Below, in pieces: positions 10,701-20,313 of a stretch of DNA of 64,000 bases. Each line of letters begins with the position of its first letter. The first letter of the stretch is position 1. The stretch is from Alphaproteobacteria bacterium (lineage in GTDB: Bacteria; Pseudomonadota; Alphaproteobacteria; JAAXGF01). The stretch lies in NCBI GenBank assembly GCA_963555825.3, contig CAUVXB020000002.1, forward strand, positions 2,528,001-2,592,000, in the 5' to 3' direction. The position numbers and the translations under genes were made by a program. The notes under the pieces were generated by a model that worked only from the letters and a program-made list of their open reading frames with translations, searched no databases and was not told where the DNA came from.

Positions 10701-12576
10701 GTCGGGCGACGTGTTCGGCAACGGCATGCTGCTGTCCGAGCACATCCGCCTGATCGGCGCGTTCAACCACCTGCATATCTTCCTCGACCCCGAGCCGGAC
10801 GCGGCCAAGAGCTTCAAGGAACGCAAGCGCATGTTCGACCTGCCGCGCTCGACATGGCAGGACTATGACGCCAAGCTGGTTTCGAAGGGCGGCGGCGTCT
10901 ATGACCGCAAGGCGAAGTCGATCGACATCTCGCCCGAGGTCAAGAAGGCGCTCGGCATCAAGGCCGACAAGCTGACGCCAAACGAGCTGATCCACGCGAT
11001 GGTGCTAGCGCCGGTCGATCTGTTGTGGAACGGCGGCATCGGCACCTACGTCAAGGCGGCCGAGGAAAGCCACACCGAGGTCGGCGACCGCGCCAACGAC
11101 GCGATCCGCGTCAACGGCAAGCAGCTGCGCTGTCGTGTCGTCGGCGAGGGCGGCAATTTGGGACTGACCCAGCGCGGCCGCATCGAATACGCACTGGCCG
11201 GCGGCCGAATATTCACCGACGCGATCGACAACTCGGCCGGCGTCGATTGCTCGGACCACGAGGTCAACATCAAGATACTGCTAGGCGCCGTGGTCGCCGA
11301 CGGCGACATGACCGACAAGCAGCGCAACGACTTGCTCGCCAAGATGACCGACGAGGTCGGCGCGCTGGTGCTGCGCGACAACTACCAGCAGACCCAGTCG
11401 CTCAGCGTCGCGCTGGCGCAGGGCGCCGGCATGCTGGGCTCGCAGGCGCGGCTGATGCGCGGCCTCGAACGCAGCGGTGAACTCGACCGCGAGGTCGAGG
11501 ACCTGCCCGACGACGAGGCCATCGCCGAGCGGCAAAAGGCCGGCCGCGGCCTCACCGCGCCCGAACTTTCGGTGCTGTTCGCGTACTCCAAGATGTCGCT
11601 CTACAAGGCGCTGCTCGGTTCGGACCTGCCCGAGGACCCCTATCTCGCGATCGACCTGATGCGCTATTTCCCCGAGCCGCTGCGCGAGCGCTTCGACGAG
11701 ACGATCCGCGGTCACCAACTGCGCCGCGAGATCATCGCCACCTCGGTGACCAACTCGACGGTCAACCGGGTCGGCATCACCTTCGTCAACCAGCTCGCCG
11801 AAGAGGCCGGCTTCGAGCGCAGCGAGATCGCCCGCGCCTACTCGATCACGCGCGACGCCTTCGGTCTGCGTGAGCTGTGGGCCGAGATCGAGAGTCTCGA
11901 CAACAAGGTGCCGAGTGACGCGCAGACCGCGATGCTGCTCGATATCGGCCAGCTCGTCGAACGCTGCACGCGCTGGTTCCTGCGCAACAGCGGCGGGCCA
12001 CTCGATATCGCCGCCTCGATCGACAACTTCACGCCGGGCATCGCCAAGCTGTCCAAGCGGCTCAAGGACGTGCTGAGCGCCGGGCGTCACGACCGGCTGA
12101 CCAAGAAGACCCGGCGCTACACGGCCAAGGGCGCGCCCAAGGCGCTCGCCCAGCGCATCGCCAGCCTCGATCCGCTGGCCGCCGCGCTCGACATCATCAA
12201 CGCCGCGCAGCGCAACGACCTCGCCGTCGAGGCGGCGGGCAAGATCTATTTCCAGGTCGGCGAGCGCCTCGGCCTCGACTGGCTGCGCACCAGCGCGCGC
12301 GGCCTCAGCGCCAACACCCATTGGCAGCGCCAGGCCGTTACCGCCATCATCGACGACCTCTACGTCCAGCAGCGCGCGCTGACCAGCTCGGTCATCGAGG
12401 CCAACGGCGACGGCGACGGCGCGGTCGACGGCGTGGTCAACGGCTGGATCGACGCGAACCGCGCGGCGGTCGGCCGCAACGAGCAATTGCTCGCCGATCT
12501 ACGCAAGTCGGGCGCGGTCGACATCGCCATGCTCACCGTGGCGAACCGGCAAATCCGCGTCCTGGCGGCCGGCTGA
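7738..12576 (+). CDS. gdhB: NAD-specific glutamate dehydrogenase, large (~1600 aa) form
   Basis: ARGGLRWSDRREDFRTE, KNAVIVP.GSKGGF, DPYLVVAADKGTATFSD, GDMSGDVFGNGM, DNSAGVDCSDHEVNIKI; RBS GAGGGAGG. Confidence 0.95.
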   Translation: MTSRAKDLNDELIETIVRQLHDRAPRAGADQLERFVRGYYDGVAPEDLIGFTADNLYGEACWMFRFAQKRAPNTPNIRVYNPHHEEHGWQSTRTIVEIVNDDMPFLVDSVAADLNRHDLTVHLLIHPILRVRRDDKGRLLDVLDPNDDAEDAAIESVLHVEVNQQTAQTALDALRESLERVLGDVRGTVEDFQPMRAKIDEIIAEVETSPPTLAEGDVAEGKAFLEWVRDDNFILLGIRDYTVDHVESEDFLRIVPDSGLGILRHTLPASIERSNQALSEDVNAFTRRKRLLFITKANTRSTVHRPVYMDFVGVRTFDKKGEVTGQHRILGLFTSTAYNRNPRDIPLLRHKVNKVLARSPFPNNSHNGKALLNILETYPRDELFQIRERELYDVAHGILHLEERQRIRLFIRRDDYARFFSCLIYVPRERYNTVLRERMKAVLLRSLKGASAEFTAQVSEAVMARLHFIVQTPDHVAHDYDVEHIEELLVKAARQWIDDLRDACVDHWGEGHGMEVYNRYDEAFPAAYRDDFNAQTAVFDIDKIDALDGPGAMAMNLYNRIDAADGVLNFKVYHPGNPVPLSDILPVLENMGLKVIEETPYRVGPAGDEDGFWIHDFSMISRRALEIDVAETREVFQDAFAKSWYHEAEDDGFNELVLCAGLTWREVTVLRAYCKYLRQAAITFSDRYMETTLTDNAPIARMLVELFVARFDPDGEKGRDKRVKELESRIAEGLDAVANLDEDRILRRFLNLVQATLRTNYFQTGADGGPKPSLAFKLDSKVIEELPLPRPWVDIFLFSPRVEAVHLRGGPVARGGLRWSDRREDFRTEILGLMKAQQVKNAVIVPLGSKGGFVVKRPPQSGGREAQLEEGIACYKTMIAGMLDITDNLVAGAVVAPDRVVRYDGDDPYLVVAADKGTATFSDIANGIAIDYGHWLGDAFASGGSAGYDHKGMGITARGAWESVKRHFREMGVDCQTIDFTCIGIGDMSGDVFGNGMLLSEHIRLIGAFNHLHIFLDPEPDAAKSFKERKRMFDLPRSTWQDYDAKLVSKGGGVYDRKAKSIDISPEVKKALGIKADKLTPNELIHAMVLAPVDLLWNGGIGTYVKAAEESHTEVGDRANDAIRVNGKQLRCRVVGEGGNLGLTQRGRIEYALAGGRIFTDAIDNSAGVDCSDHEVNIKILLGAVVADGDMTDKQRNDLLAKMTDEVGALVLRDNYQQTQSLSVALAQGAGMLGSQARLMRGLERSGELDREVEDLPDDEAIAERQKAGRGLTAPELSVLFAYSKMSLYKALLGSDLPEDPYLAIDLMRYFPEPLRERFDETIRGHQLRREIIATSVTNSTVNRVGITFVNQLAEEAGFERSEIARAYSITRDAFGLRELWAEIESLDNKVPSDAQTAMLLDIGQLVERCTRWFLRNSGGPLDIAASIDNFTPGIAKLSKRLKDVLSAGRHDRLTKKTRRYTAKGAPKALAQRIASLDPLAAALDIINAAQRNDLAVEAAGKIYFQVGERLGLDWLRTSARGLSANTHWQRQAVTAIIDDLYVQQRALTSSVIEANGDGDGAVDGVVNGWIDANRAAVGRNEQLLADLRKSGAVDIAMLTVANRQIRVLAAG

Positions 12577-13883
12577 CGGGGGCCGCTATCGCGCAAGGCG
12601 AGCACCGAACCACGGCCGCGAACCCGGCCCGGCGCCGCGCCATCGCCGCCTGGTGCCTGTTCGACTGGGCCAATTCGCCCTTCCCGACGGTCATCGTCAC
12701 CTTCGTCTTCGCCGCCTATTTCACCGAGGCCATCGTCGGCGACAGCGTGCGTGGCACCGCGATGTGGGGCAACGCGCTGGCGGCGAGCGCACTGGTGGTC
12801 GCCGTGCTCGGGCCGCTGATGGGCGCGCTGGTCGACGCCGGCGGGCGGCGCAAGCCGCTGCTCGCCGCCTGCTCGGCGGTCACCATCGTCGGCGCCGCTG
12901 CGCTCTGGTTCGCCGAGCCCGAACCATCGCACGCCTTGTGGGCGGCGGTCTGCGTCGCGGTCGCCAATGCCGGCTTCGAGCTCGGCATGGTGTTCTACAA
13001 CGCCATGCTGCCCGGCCTCGCCGGACCGGGGCGCGTCGGCCGGCTGTCGGGCTGGGGCTGGGCGCTGGGCTACGCCGGCGGCCTGGTCTGCCTGGTCGTC
13101 GCTCTGGTCGCCTTCGTCCAGGCCGACCCGGCGCCGTTTGGACTCGACGTCGCGAGCGCCGAGCATATCCGCATCGTCGCGCCGCTCGCCGCGCTCTGGT
13201 TCGTCGCCTTCGGCTGGCCGATTTTCGTCTTCACGCCGGACACGCCGTCAAGCGGCGCGCCGGTCGGCGCGACGCTGCGCCGTGGCGCCGCCCAGCTGTG
13301 GACCACGCTGCGCCAATTCCGCGCCCAGCCGACGATCTTCCGCTTCCTGATCGCGCGCATGATCTTCATCGACGGACTCAACACGCTGTTCGCCTTCGGC
13401 GGTATCTACGCGGCGGGCACCTTCGGCATGGACATGGCAGGCGTCATCGGCTTCGCCATCGCGCTCAACGTCAGCGCGGGGTTTGGCGCGCTCGGCTTCG
13501 GCTGGGTCGACGACCGGCTCGGCGCCAAGCGGACGCTTGTCATCTCGCTGATCGGCCTGCTGGTCGCCGGATCACTCGGCGTCGTGGCGCCGTCGGCGGC
13601 GTGGTTCTGGGTCGCCGGCATGGCGATCGGAGTCTTCATCGGGCCGACCCAGTCGGCCAGCCGCTCGATGATGGCCCGTCTCGCGCCGCCCGAACGCATC
13701 AACGAGATGTTCGGCCTGCTCGCGCTTTCGGGCAAGGTGACCGCCTTCGCCGGGCCGCTGTTGGTCGGCTGGGTGACGCTGGCGTCGGGCAGCCAGCGCG
13801 TCGGCATGGCGACGATCCTGGTGTTCTTCGCCGTCGGTCTCGTTCTGCTGCTGCCGCTCCGCGTGCCCGGCGAAACGGACTGA
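12573..13883 (+). CDS. MFS transporter (UMF1/ATG22-like); start uncertain
   Basis: FDWANSPF, FYNAMLP, SGWGWALGYAGG, QSASRSMMARL; about 12 hydrophobic segments; no canonical start before TM1. Confidence 0.85.
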   Translation: MTGAAIAQGEHRTTAANPARRRAIAAWCLFDWANSPFPTVIVTFVFAAYFTEAIVGDSVRGTAMWGNALAASALVVAVLGPLMGALVDAGGRRKPLLAACSAVTIVGAAALWFAEPEPSHALWAAVCVAVANAGFELGMVFYNAMLPGLAGPGRVGRLSGWGWALGYAGGLVCLVVALVAFVQADPAPFGLDVASAEHIRIVAPLAALWFVAFGWPIFVFTPDTPSSGAPVGATLRRGAAQLWTTLRQFRAQPTIFRFLIARMIFIDGLNTLFAFGGIYAAGTFGMDMAGVIGFAIALNVSAGFGALGFGWVDDRLGAKRTLVISLIGLLVAGSLGVVAPSAAWFWVAGMAIGVFIGPTQSASRSMMARLAPPERINEMFGLLALSGKVTAFAGPLLVGWVTLASGSQRVGMATILVFFAVGLVLLLPLRVPGETD

Positions 13884-14035
13884 ATCATAATCCGATCGAA
13901 TAGAATCGGCCGGACTATACCAGCCTGCGACCGCAGGCCGCCGACCGTTCGGCCAGTGTTGATCCCATAAGATTGGCATGCGCGGCGATTGAGCGCAGGT
14001 CACCTTTAGGTGACCGCACAAAGGTCTAACCCCAA

Positions 14036-14887
14036 TCAGGCGGCGCCGTAGCGGCGGCTGCGCTCGGCCTCGTCGGTCTCGGCGCTGCGGAACAGCACCT
14101 TGTGGCGGCGCCGCGGGATCTCGGCGACCAGCGCCAGCGCCGTCGGATCGAGATCGGCGGCCGGCCGCGCCTCGGGCTCGAAATGGCCGCAGGTGTCGGC
14201 GCCGCGCACCAGCAACGCCATGTCGTTGTCGATCGCGGTCTGGCGCACCTCGGGCGCGATGAACTGGAAGTTGAGGCCGATGCGCCGCTCGTCGGAATGG
14301 CTCGGCTGCGAGCCGTGCACGACGCGGCCGTGATGCAGCGACATCTGACCCGGCGCGAGCCGCACATCGACCGCGCTGTCCTCGTCGATCTCGGCGGTGA
14401 TGGTCTGACCCCGGCTCAACAGGTTGTCGGCCTCGAAGGTGTCGGCGTGCGGCAGGATGTCCTGCGCGTGGCTGCCCGGAATGACGCGCATGCCGCCGTT
14501 CTCGGGGCCGACCGGCGAGAGCGCCAGCCACACCGAGACGACGCCCTCGGCCGGCTCGACGCCCCAATAGGTCAGGTCCTGGTGCCAACTGACGAAGCGG
14601 TCGTCATGGGGCTCCTTGATGATGAAGGCGCCGTCCCACAACAGAAGGTTCGGCCCGATGACGTCCTCGGCCGCATCGAGCAGCGCCGGGTGATGCGCCA
14701 ACTCGTCAGCGAGCAGCATCGTCAGGTACGGCTTCATGGCGTATTTCATCCTGCCGTGCTCGGCCTCGAACGCCTCGAGTCGGCGGCGGCAATCGAGCGC
14801 CTCCCGCGTGCTCAAGATGTCGATTGGAAAGACGCAGCCGTCGTCGTGATAGCGGCGCAGCTCCGCGTCCGACAGATGCTTGCCCAT
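14036..14887 (-). CDS. Phytanoyl-CoA dioxygenase (PhyH) family Fe(II)/2OG dioxygenase
   Basis: WHQDLTYW (HxD), ENGGMRVIPGSH, HGRVVHGS, RIG. Confidence 0.9.
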   Translation of the reverse strand: MGKHLSDAELRRYHDDGCVFPIDILSTREALDCRRRLEAFEAEHGRMKYAMKPYLTMLLADELAHHPALLDAAEDVIGPNLLLWDGAFIIKEPHDDRFVSWHQDLTYWGVEPAEGVVSVWLALSPVGPENGGMRVIPGSHAQDILPHADTFEADNLLSRGQTITAEIDEDSAVDVRLAPGQMSLHHGRVVHGSQPSHSDERRIGLNFQFIAPEVRQTAIDNDMALLVRGADTCGHFEPEARPAADLDPTALALVAEIPRRRHKVLFRSAETDEAERSRRYGAA

Positions 14888-14991
14888 GGCGCACCCCGCT
14901 TGTCCGGCGTCTCTCGCGCCACCGTCATCGAGAGCCGGCCCCGCGTCAACGCAAAAATGCACGCGCACCCGCGGGCGCTATAGTGGTGGTC

Positions 14992-15819
14992 ATGGGCGAC
15001 GGCGATTACACCGAGGCCGACTTCACAGGCCAGCAGATCGTCTGGGGCGAGGGCTACATGTCGCCGGGCGGCGCCGCCGAGGTCGCCGCGGTGGTCGCGG
15101 GCCTCGATATCGAAGGACGCGACGTGCTCGACATCGGCTGCGGGCTGGGCGGCCCGAGCGTCGACCTGGTGGCGAACCACGGCGCCGGCCGCGTCACCGG
15201 CATCGACACCCAGGCGGCGCAAATCGCCTATGCGCGGGCGCTCGCCGATCGCCAAGATGTCGCCGACCGCACCGCCTTCGAACGCGTCGACCCGGGGTCC
15301 CTGCTTTTCGCGAACGCCACCTTCGACGTCGTCTTCTCCATGGGCGCGCTGATGCAGATCGCCGGCAAGCCGGCGCTCTTCGCTGAGGCCTTCCGCGTGC
15401 TGCGTCCGGGCGGCTCGTTCACCGCCAACGACCTGCTCAGGCCGGACGACGGGCCGCTGCCGACCGCCTTGGCCGGTTTCGTGGCAACCGCCGGCCTGAT
15501 CTACCACTGGGCCTCGCTCGCGACGACGCGCGACGCGCTCGACGGCGCCGGCTTCACCGACGTCGCGATCGACGACCGCGGCGCCTGGTACCGCGACCAG
15601 TTGCGCGGCGACATCGCGCGCCTCGAGTCGGGGCCGACGGGTGCACGTCTGCGCGCGGCGTTCGGCGACGACGGCCGCGACGCCTGGATCGATCTGTGGT
15701 CGCGTTTGGAGGCGCTGGTCGCGGCCGGCGACCTCCGCCCGGTCCAGCTGCGCGCCATCAGGCCGATCAGCCCCGGTCGTCGAACGGCGCCTCGGCGATG
15801 TCCTGGCACATTTGGATGA
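14992..15819 (+). CDS. SAM-dependent methyltransferase (phosphoethanolamine/sarcosine N-methyltransferase-like)
   Basis: WGEGYMSPGG, VLDIGCGLGG, FDVVFS, RVLRPGG. Confidence 0.85.
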   Translation: MGDGDYTEADFTGQQIVWGEGYMSPGGAAEVAAVVAGLDIEGRDVLDIGCGLGGPSVDLVANHGAGRVTGIDTQAAQIAYARALADRQDVADRTAFERVDPGSLLFANATFDVVFSMGALMQIAGKPALFAEAFRVLRPGGSFTANDLLRPDDGPLPTALAGFVATAGLIYHWASLATTRDALDGAGFTDVAIDDRGAWYRDQLRGDIARLESGPTGARLRAAFGDDGRDAWIDLWSRLEALVAAGDLRPVQLRAIRPISPGRRTAPRRCPGTFG

Positions 15820-16927
15820 CGTCGCCCATGTAGTGCTCGTCGTAGCCCGATTCGTCCTCGAGCACGCTGAAGAAGGCGACCGAGACGCCACTCTCGGGGT
15901 CGGCCAGCAGGTATTGCCCGCCATAGCCGCCGTGACCGACCCAACGGCCGTTGGTCTGCAGGTGGCGGCAATAGCGCAGCCACTCGCGCGGCGCGGGGAA
16001 ATGCTTGGCCCGGGCGGTCCGCGCCTCGTCGATGAAGGCGCGGCTGCCGACCGCCTGACCGCCGATGCCGAGGCCGCCGCGCACGAAGATCTGGCCGTAG
16101 CGGGCGAGGTCGCGCGCGGTCATGGCGCCGCCGCCGTCGAGGATCGACATGCCCTCGCGATCGGTCGAGACGTGAAAGCTGTGCTCGAGGCCCGCCGCCT
16201 CGACGATGTCGATCAGGTGGTCGCGCAGCGGCCGACCGCCGGCCAGTTCGGCGATCCAGGCCAGCACGTCGGTGTTGGCCGACTTGTAGAGCACCTCCGG
16301 GCCATCGTTGACGATGTCGTCGCTCTCGATGCCGCAGACGAATTCTCGGTTGGTGATCTCGGCCTGGCCGGGACCGGGCAGGCGCCAGCCCATCGACACC
16401 TCGTGATCGAACACGGCCTCCGCCGGGTCGCCGTAGTCCTCGCCGTAGTCGTTGGCGACATTCATGTCGAGCACGTCGCGCAGACTCGCGCCGGCATAGC
16501 CCGAACCGATCTCGGGAAGGTGATCGCCGACCTTGCTATCGAGATCGATGCGGCCCTGCTCGACGAGCCGGCCGTAGATAAGGTTGACCGTCGTCTTGGT
16601 GATCGACTGGATGCTGTGCGGCCGGTCGGGTCCGAAATCGGCCGCGTAACGCTCGTAAACGAGGGTGTTGCCACGCACCACGGCGAGGCCCGAGAAGATC
16701 GTCGTCGCGGTCATCCGGCGCACCGCGTCCATGTCGGCGATGCGCCGGTCGATGTCGCGCCGCAGCACCAGCACATCGCGCGACCGCAGGCTGAGCCCGT
16801 AGCGGTTGTTGCGATAGAGATTATGGAACCCCCAGCGCCGGTGCTCGGCGGTGTTCCACCGGGTGCGCCGGCCCTCGGTGACGACGAGGTCGGGGTTGGG
16901 CGTGGTGACGATGACGTTTGACGTCAT
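15767..16927 (-). CDS. Serine hydrolase, beta-lactamase class C / 6-aminohexanoate-dimer hydrolase family
   Basis: SITK (SxxK), YKSANT, ARDLARYGQ, HGGYGGQ. Confidence 0.85.
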   Translation of the reverse strand: MTSNVIVTTPNPDLVVTEGRRTRWNTAEHRRWGFHNLYRNNRYGLSLRSRDVLVLRRDIDRRIADMDAVRRMTATTIFSGLAVVRGNTLVYERYAADFGPDRPHSIQSITKTTVNLIYGRLVEQGRIDLDSKVGDHLPEIGSGYAGASLRDVLDMNVANDYGEDYGDPAEAVFDHEVSMGWRLPGPGQAEITNREFVCGIESDDIVNDGPEVLYKSANTDVLAWIAELAGGRPLRDHLIDIVEAAGLEHSFHVSTDREGMSILDGGGAMTARDLARYGQIFVRGGLGIGGQAVGSRAFIDEARTARAKHFPAPREWLRYCRHLQTNGRWVGHGGYGGQYLLADPESGVSVAFFSVLEDESGYDEHYMGDVIQMCQDIAEAPFDDRG

Positions 16928-17113
16928 AATGTGGACCCTCTGCGTTTTGTGTCGCGCCGGCGCGGGTTCGGCTTCGCGGCGCGTTATACCAGGGACCAAT
17001 GACAAAGGCCCAGAGAGACGGCGTTACACCGCCGCCGGTTTGGCGTTAGAATTTTGCCTCGGGCCCGGCAACGACCGGAACCGCGCCAGTCGCGCGATCA
17101 GAGGAGACAAGCC

Positions 17114-17416
17114 ATGACCGACATCGATGCCACGCGCCGTGACCTGGTCGTGGCGTTCAATGCGAACCCGGGCGGCCCGCATAGCCCCGAGCTGCAGCGC
17201 CTGGTCAACAAGCTGCGCTTCGAGCCGACCATGAAAGGCAAATACGCGGTGGTCTGCACCAAACCGCACGAGGAATGGACGCTGGCGCAGCTTCCCGGCG
17301 AGCGCGGCAAACCAATTCGCATGCACGAGGACCGGGTCTTCACCAGCCTCGACGATGCCGAGCGGGCGATCTTCAAGCTGCGCTGGGAAGCGCATACCGG
17401 TGAGACGCTGGATTGA
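17114..17416 (+). CDS. N,N-dimethylformamidase-like small subunit, copy 1
   Basis: NPGGPHSPELQRL, KY.VVCTKPHEEW, AIFKLRW; directly upstream of large subunit; RBS GAGGAG; homologous to 34505-34804. Confidence 0.75.
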   Translation: MTDIDATRRDLVVAFNANPGGPHSPELQRLVNKLRFEPTMKGKYAVVCTKPHEEWTLAQLPGERGKPIRMHEDRVFTSLDDAERAIFKLRWEAHTGETLD

Positions 17417-17438
17417 CCGGCCGGGCGGAGGACGCGCT

Positions 17439-19652
17439 ATGAGATCACTCTTCGGCTACAGCGATCGCATCAGCGCCCGGCCGGGCGATACGATCAGCTT
17501 CATGGTCAGCAGCCTCGGTGGCACGCCCTACCGGGCCGACATCGTCCAGCTGATCTGCGGTGACGACAGCCCGGCGGGACCCGGCTTCAAGGAGACGGCC
17601 GTCGAGACGGCGATCAATGGCGACTACGAGGGCCGTGCGCAAGCGATCCACGACGGCTCGTATGTGACGGTGCCGCGCGCGCCAGTGCTCGATGGCATCA
17701 CCAGCTTCACCCTGCAGGCGATGGTTTGGCCGACGACGCCGGGCCGGGGCCGCCAAGCCATGCTCGGCAAGTGGCGCGACGACACCGGGGCCGGCTTCGG
17801 CCTGTATATCGACGAGGGTGGCGCTGCCGCGCTGCGCGTCGGCGACGGTTCCGGTCGCGTCGATGTCGTGAGCGTCGGGACCGCCATGGTCGCCCGGGAA
17901 TGGTACTTCGTCGCCGCGAGCTTCGATGCCGAGAGCCGCGAGATGCGCGTCTTTCAGGAACCGTTGGCCGACAGTCCCGGTGTCGGCGATGCGACGTCGG
18001 CCGACGCCACGGCGACGATCGACGGGGCGATGAAGAGCGACGCGCCGTTGCTCATGGCGGCGCAGAGCGCGGCGCCCGACGCGCCCGTCGGCGCCCACTA
18101 CAACGGCAAGCTCGACCGTCCCCGGCTGGCGAGCCGGGCGTTGTCGAGGGCCGAAATCGAGCGCCTGAAGGCGACGACGATACCGGGAGACTTGCGCGCC
18201 GACATCGTCGGCTGGTGGGATTTCTCGTGCGACATCGACGGCACGCGCGTCACCGATCGCTCGCCCAACCGGCTGCACGGCGAGACCGTCAATCTGCCGA
18301 CGCGCGGCATGCGGGGCTTCAACTGGACCGGCGACGAGCAGTGCTGGCGCCACGCGCCCGACGAGTACGGCGCCATCCACTTCCACGACGACGACCTCTA
18401 CGACGCCGGCTGGCAGGCCGACTTCGCGCTCACCGTGCCCGAGACGATGGCGAGCGGGGTCTACTGCGCACGCCTGATCGGCGCCGACGACGAGGAGCGC
18501 ATCCCGTTCTTCGTGCGCCCCGCGGCGGGCGCGCCGACGGCCGATGCGGTGCTGCTGATCTCGACCGCGACGTTCATGGCCTACGCCAACATGCAGTGGG
18601 ACATGAACACGATCTTCGCCGAGCCAAAGAAGGGCGCCATCACGGTGCTCAGCCCGGAGGATGTATTTCTTCAGGAGAACCCTGGCTATGGCCTCTCGCT
18701 CTACGACAAGCATGCCGACCAGTCGGGCGTCTGCTATTCGTCGCGGCTCCGGCCGATCTTCAACATGCGGCCAAGGACCGGGCTGTGGAGTTTCAACGCC
18801 GACACCCATGTCACCGACTGGCTCGCGACGATCGGCCAGGCCTACGACGTGGTCACCGACGAAGACCTCCACGCCGACGGCGTCGCGGCGCTGGCGCCCT
18901 ACTGCGTGGTGGTCACCGGCGCGCACCCCGAGTACTGGTCGACGCCGATGTGGCACGCGATGGTCGCCTATCAGCGCCGCGGCGGCCGGCTGATGTACCT
19001 CGGCGGCAACGGTTTCTACTGGCGCATCGCCTATCACGACACGCTGCCCGGCGTCATCGAGCTGCGCCGCGCCGAGGGCGGCATGCGCTACCAATCGACC
19101 GAGCCGGGCGAGTACTACCAAAGCTTCAACGGCGAGCTCGGCGGGTTGCGGCGCCGGGTCGGCACGCCGCCAAACACGCTGGTCGGCGCCGGCACGGTCG
19201 CGACCGGCTTCGATTCGGCGTCGTACTACCTGCGCACCGAGGCGAGCCACGATCCACGCGCGACGTTCATCTTCGAGGGCGTCGGCGACGACGAGCTGAT
19301 CGGCGACTTCGGCACGCTGCTCGGCGGCGCCGCGGGCGTCGAGCTCGACGGCGCCAACCGCAAGCTCGGCACGCCGCCGCACGCCCTCGTCGTGGCCCGC
19401 TCGGAGGGCCATTCGCAGCTCTACTTTCTGTGCCCCGAGGAGACGCCGTTCCACCACCCGGTGATGAGCGGCGCCGAGAACCCCCGGGTGCGCGCCGACC
19501 TGTTGTTCTACGAGACGTCACGCGGCGGCGGCGTGTTTACCACCGGCTCGATTTCGTGGTGCGCGGCGCTGGCGCATAACGGCTACGACAACAACGTCGC
19601 GCGCATCACCGGCAACGTGCTGAAGCGCTTCCTCGACCCCGCGCCGCTCTAG
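17439..19652 (+). CDS. N,N-dimethylformamidase-like large subunit, copy 1
   Basis: LamG-like domain, EYGAIHFHDDDL, MAYAN, GLSLYD.H, GAHPEYW, YLGGNGFYW, GVELD, GSISW, DNNVARITGNVLKRF. Confidence 0.88.
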   Translation: MRSLFGYSDRISARPGDTISFMVSSLGGTPYRADIVQLICGDDSPAGPGFKETAVETAINGDYEGRAQAIHDGSYVTVPRAPVLDGITSFTLQAMVWPTTPGRGRQAMLGKWRDDTGAGFGLYIDEGGAAALRVGDGSGRVDVVSVGTAMVAREWYFVAASFDAESREMRVFQEPLADSPGVGDATSADATATIDGAMKSDAPLLMAAQSAAPDAPVGAHYNGKLDRPRLASRALSRAEIERLKATTIPGDLRADIVGWWDFSCDIDGTRVTDRSPNRLHGETVNLPTRGMRGFNWTGDEQCWRHAPDEYGAIHFHDDDLYDAGWQADFALTVPETMASGVYCARLIGADDEERIPFFVRPAAGAPTADAVLLISTATFMAYANMQWDMNTIFAEPKKGAITVLSPEDVFLQENPGYGLSLYDKHADQSGVCYSSRLRPIFNMRPRTGLWSFNADTHVTDWLATIGQAYDVVTDEDLHADGVAALAPYCVVVTGAHPEYWSTPMWHAMVAYQRRGGRLMYLGGNGFYWRIAYHDTLPGVIELRRAEGGMRYQSTEPGEYYQSFNGELGGLRRRVGTPPNTLVGAGTVATGFDSASYYLRTEASHDPRATFIFEGVGDDELIGDFGTLLGGAAGVELDGANRKLGTPPHALVVARSEGHSQLYFLCPEETPFHHPVMSGAENPRVRADLLFYETSRGGGVFTTGSISWCAALAHNGYDNNVARITGNVLKRFLDPAPL

Positions 19653-19695
19653 CCGTTGCGCGCGACACTTTGGCGTGGATCGGAGGATAAGTCAG

Positions 19696-20064
19696 ATGTG
19701 GCAAGCGAAAGTCATCAAGGCCGAAGACGTCGTCTTCGAGGATCGCGTCGGACAGCATCCGGTGAAGACGCGCTTCGCGCGCATCGTCCGTCAGCCGCTG
19801 AGCGGCGGCCTCGGCTTCGGAATTTTGGAGGTCGACGACATCGACGCCGACTGGTTCATAAACTACGACGAGATATTCTACATCCTGGAGGGCAATTTCC
19901 GGGTCATCATCGGCGATGAGGTCTTCGAGGGTAACGCCGGCGACACCATCTTCCGGCCCAAGGATACGCAATTGCACTACGAATCGACCGGCAAGGCGAA
20001 ACTGCTCTACATCGTCCATCCCGAGGGGAACGTCCGCTGGCGGCTGCTCGTCGGCCGCGACTGA
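19696..20064 (+). CDS. Cupin domain protein (EutQ-like)
   Basis: YDEIFYILEG..AGDTIFRPKDT; RBS GGAGG; follows DMFase copy 1. Confidence 0.8.
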   Translation: MWQAKVIKAEDVVFEDRVGQHPVKTRFARIVRQPLSGGLGFGILEVDDIDADWFINYDEIFYILEGNFRVIIGDEVFEGNAGDTIFRPKDTQLHYESTGKAKLLYIVHPEGNVRWRLLVGRD

Positions 20065-20094
20065 CCGAATTCGCCGACGGTGCGGACCTAGTCT

Positions 20095-20155
20095 CCTCAA
20101 TCGGGCATCGTGAAGGGGTCGGGGTCGAGGAAGCGGCGCACCAAGTTCTCGCTGA
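20095..20155. repeat. Direct repeat, left copy (duplicated 3' end of DMFase large subunit copy 2)
   Basis: 60/61 identical to 32238-32298; encodes ..SENLVRRFLDPDPFTMPD* on the minus strand. Confidence 0.93.
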
Positions 20156-20176
20156 CCTCAAGCGATCTCGTCTGAG

Positions 20177-20313
20177 ATGTCGGGTTCCGAGCGATAAGCG
20201 GACCTAGCTCGCGCGGTATCGGAAAATCATGACGTGCACGTCCGCTCACGAGCGGGAAGCGGACCTCGCCGCTGAATCCGCTGGAGGTCTGCCTGTAGCC
20301 AGGACCGGACATT
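20177..20313. repeat. Cluster of three GTCCGC-N-GCGGAC hairpin repeats
   Basis: atgtcgggttccgagcgataagcggacct, acgtccgctcacgagcgggaagcggacct, aggtctgcctgtagccaggaccggacatt. Confidence 0.7.

Noticed and set aside
20177-20313. Hairpin clusters as CRISPR repeats or classical attC sites
   Set aside because: Too degenerate and irregularly spaced; no GTTRRRY/RYYYAAC boxes or integron integrase seen
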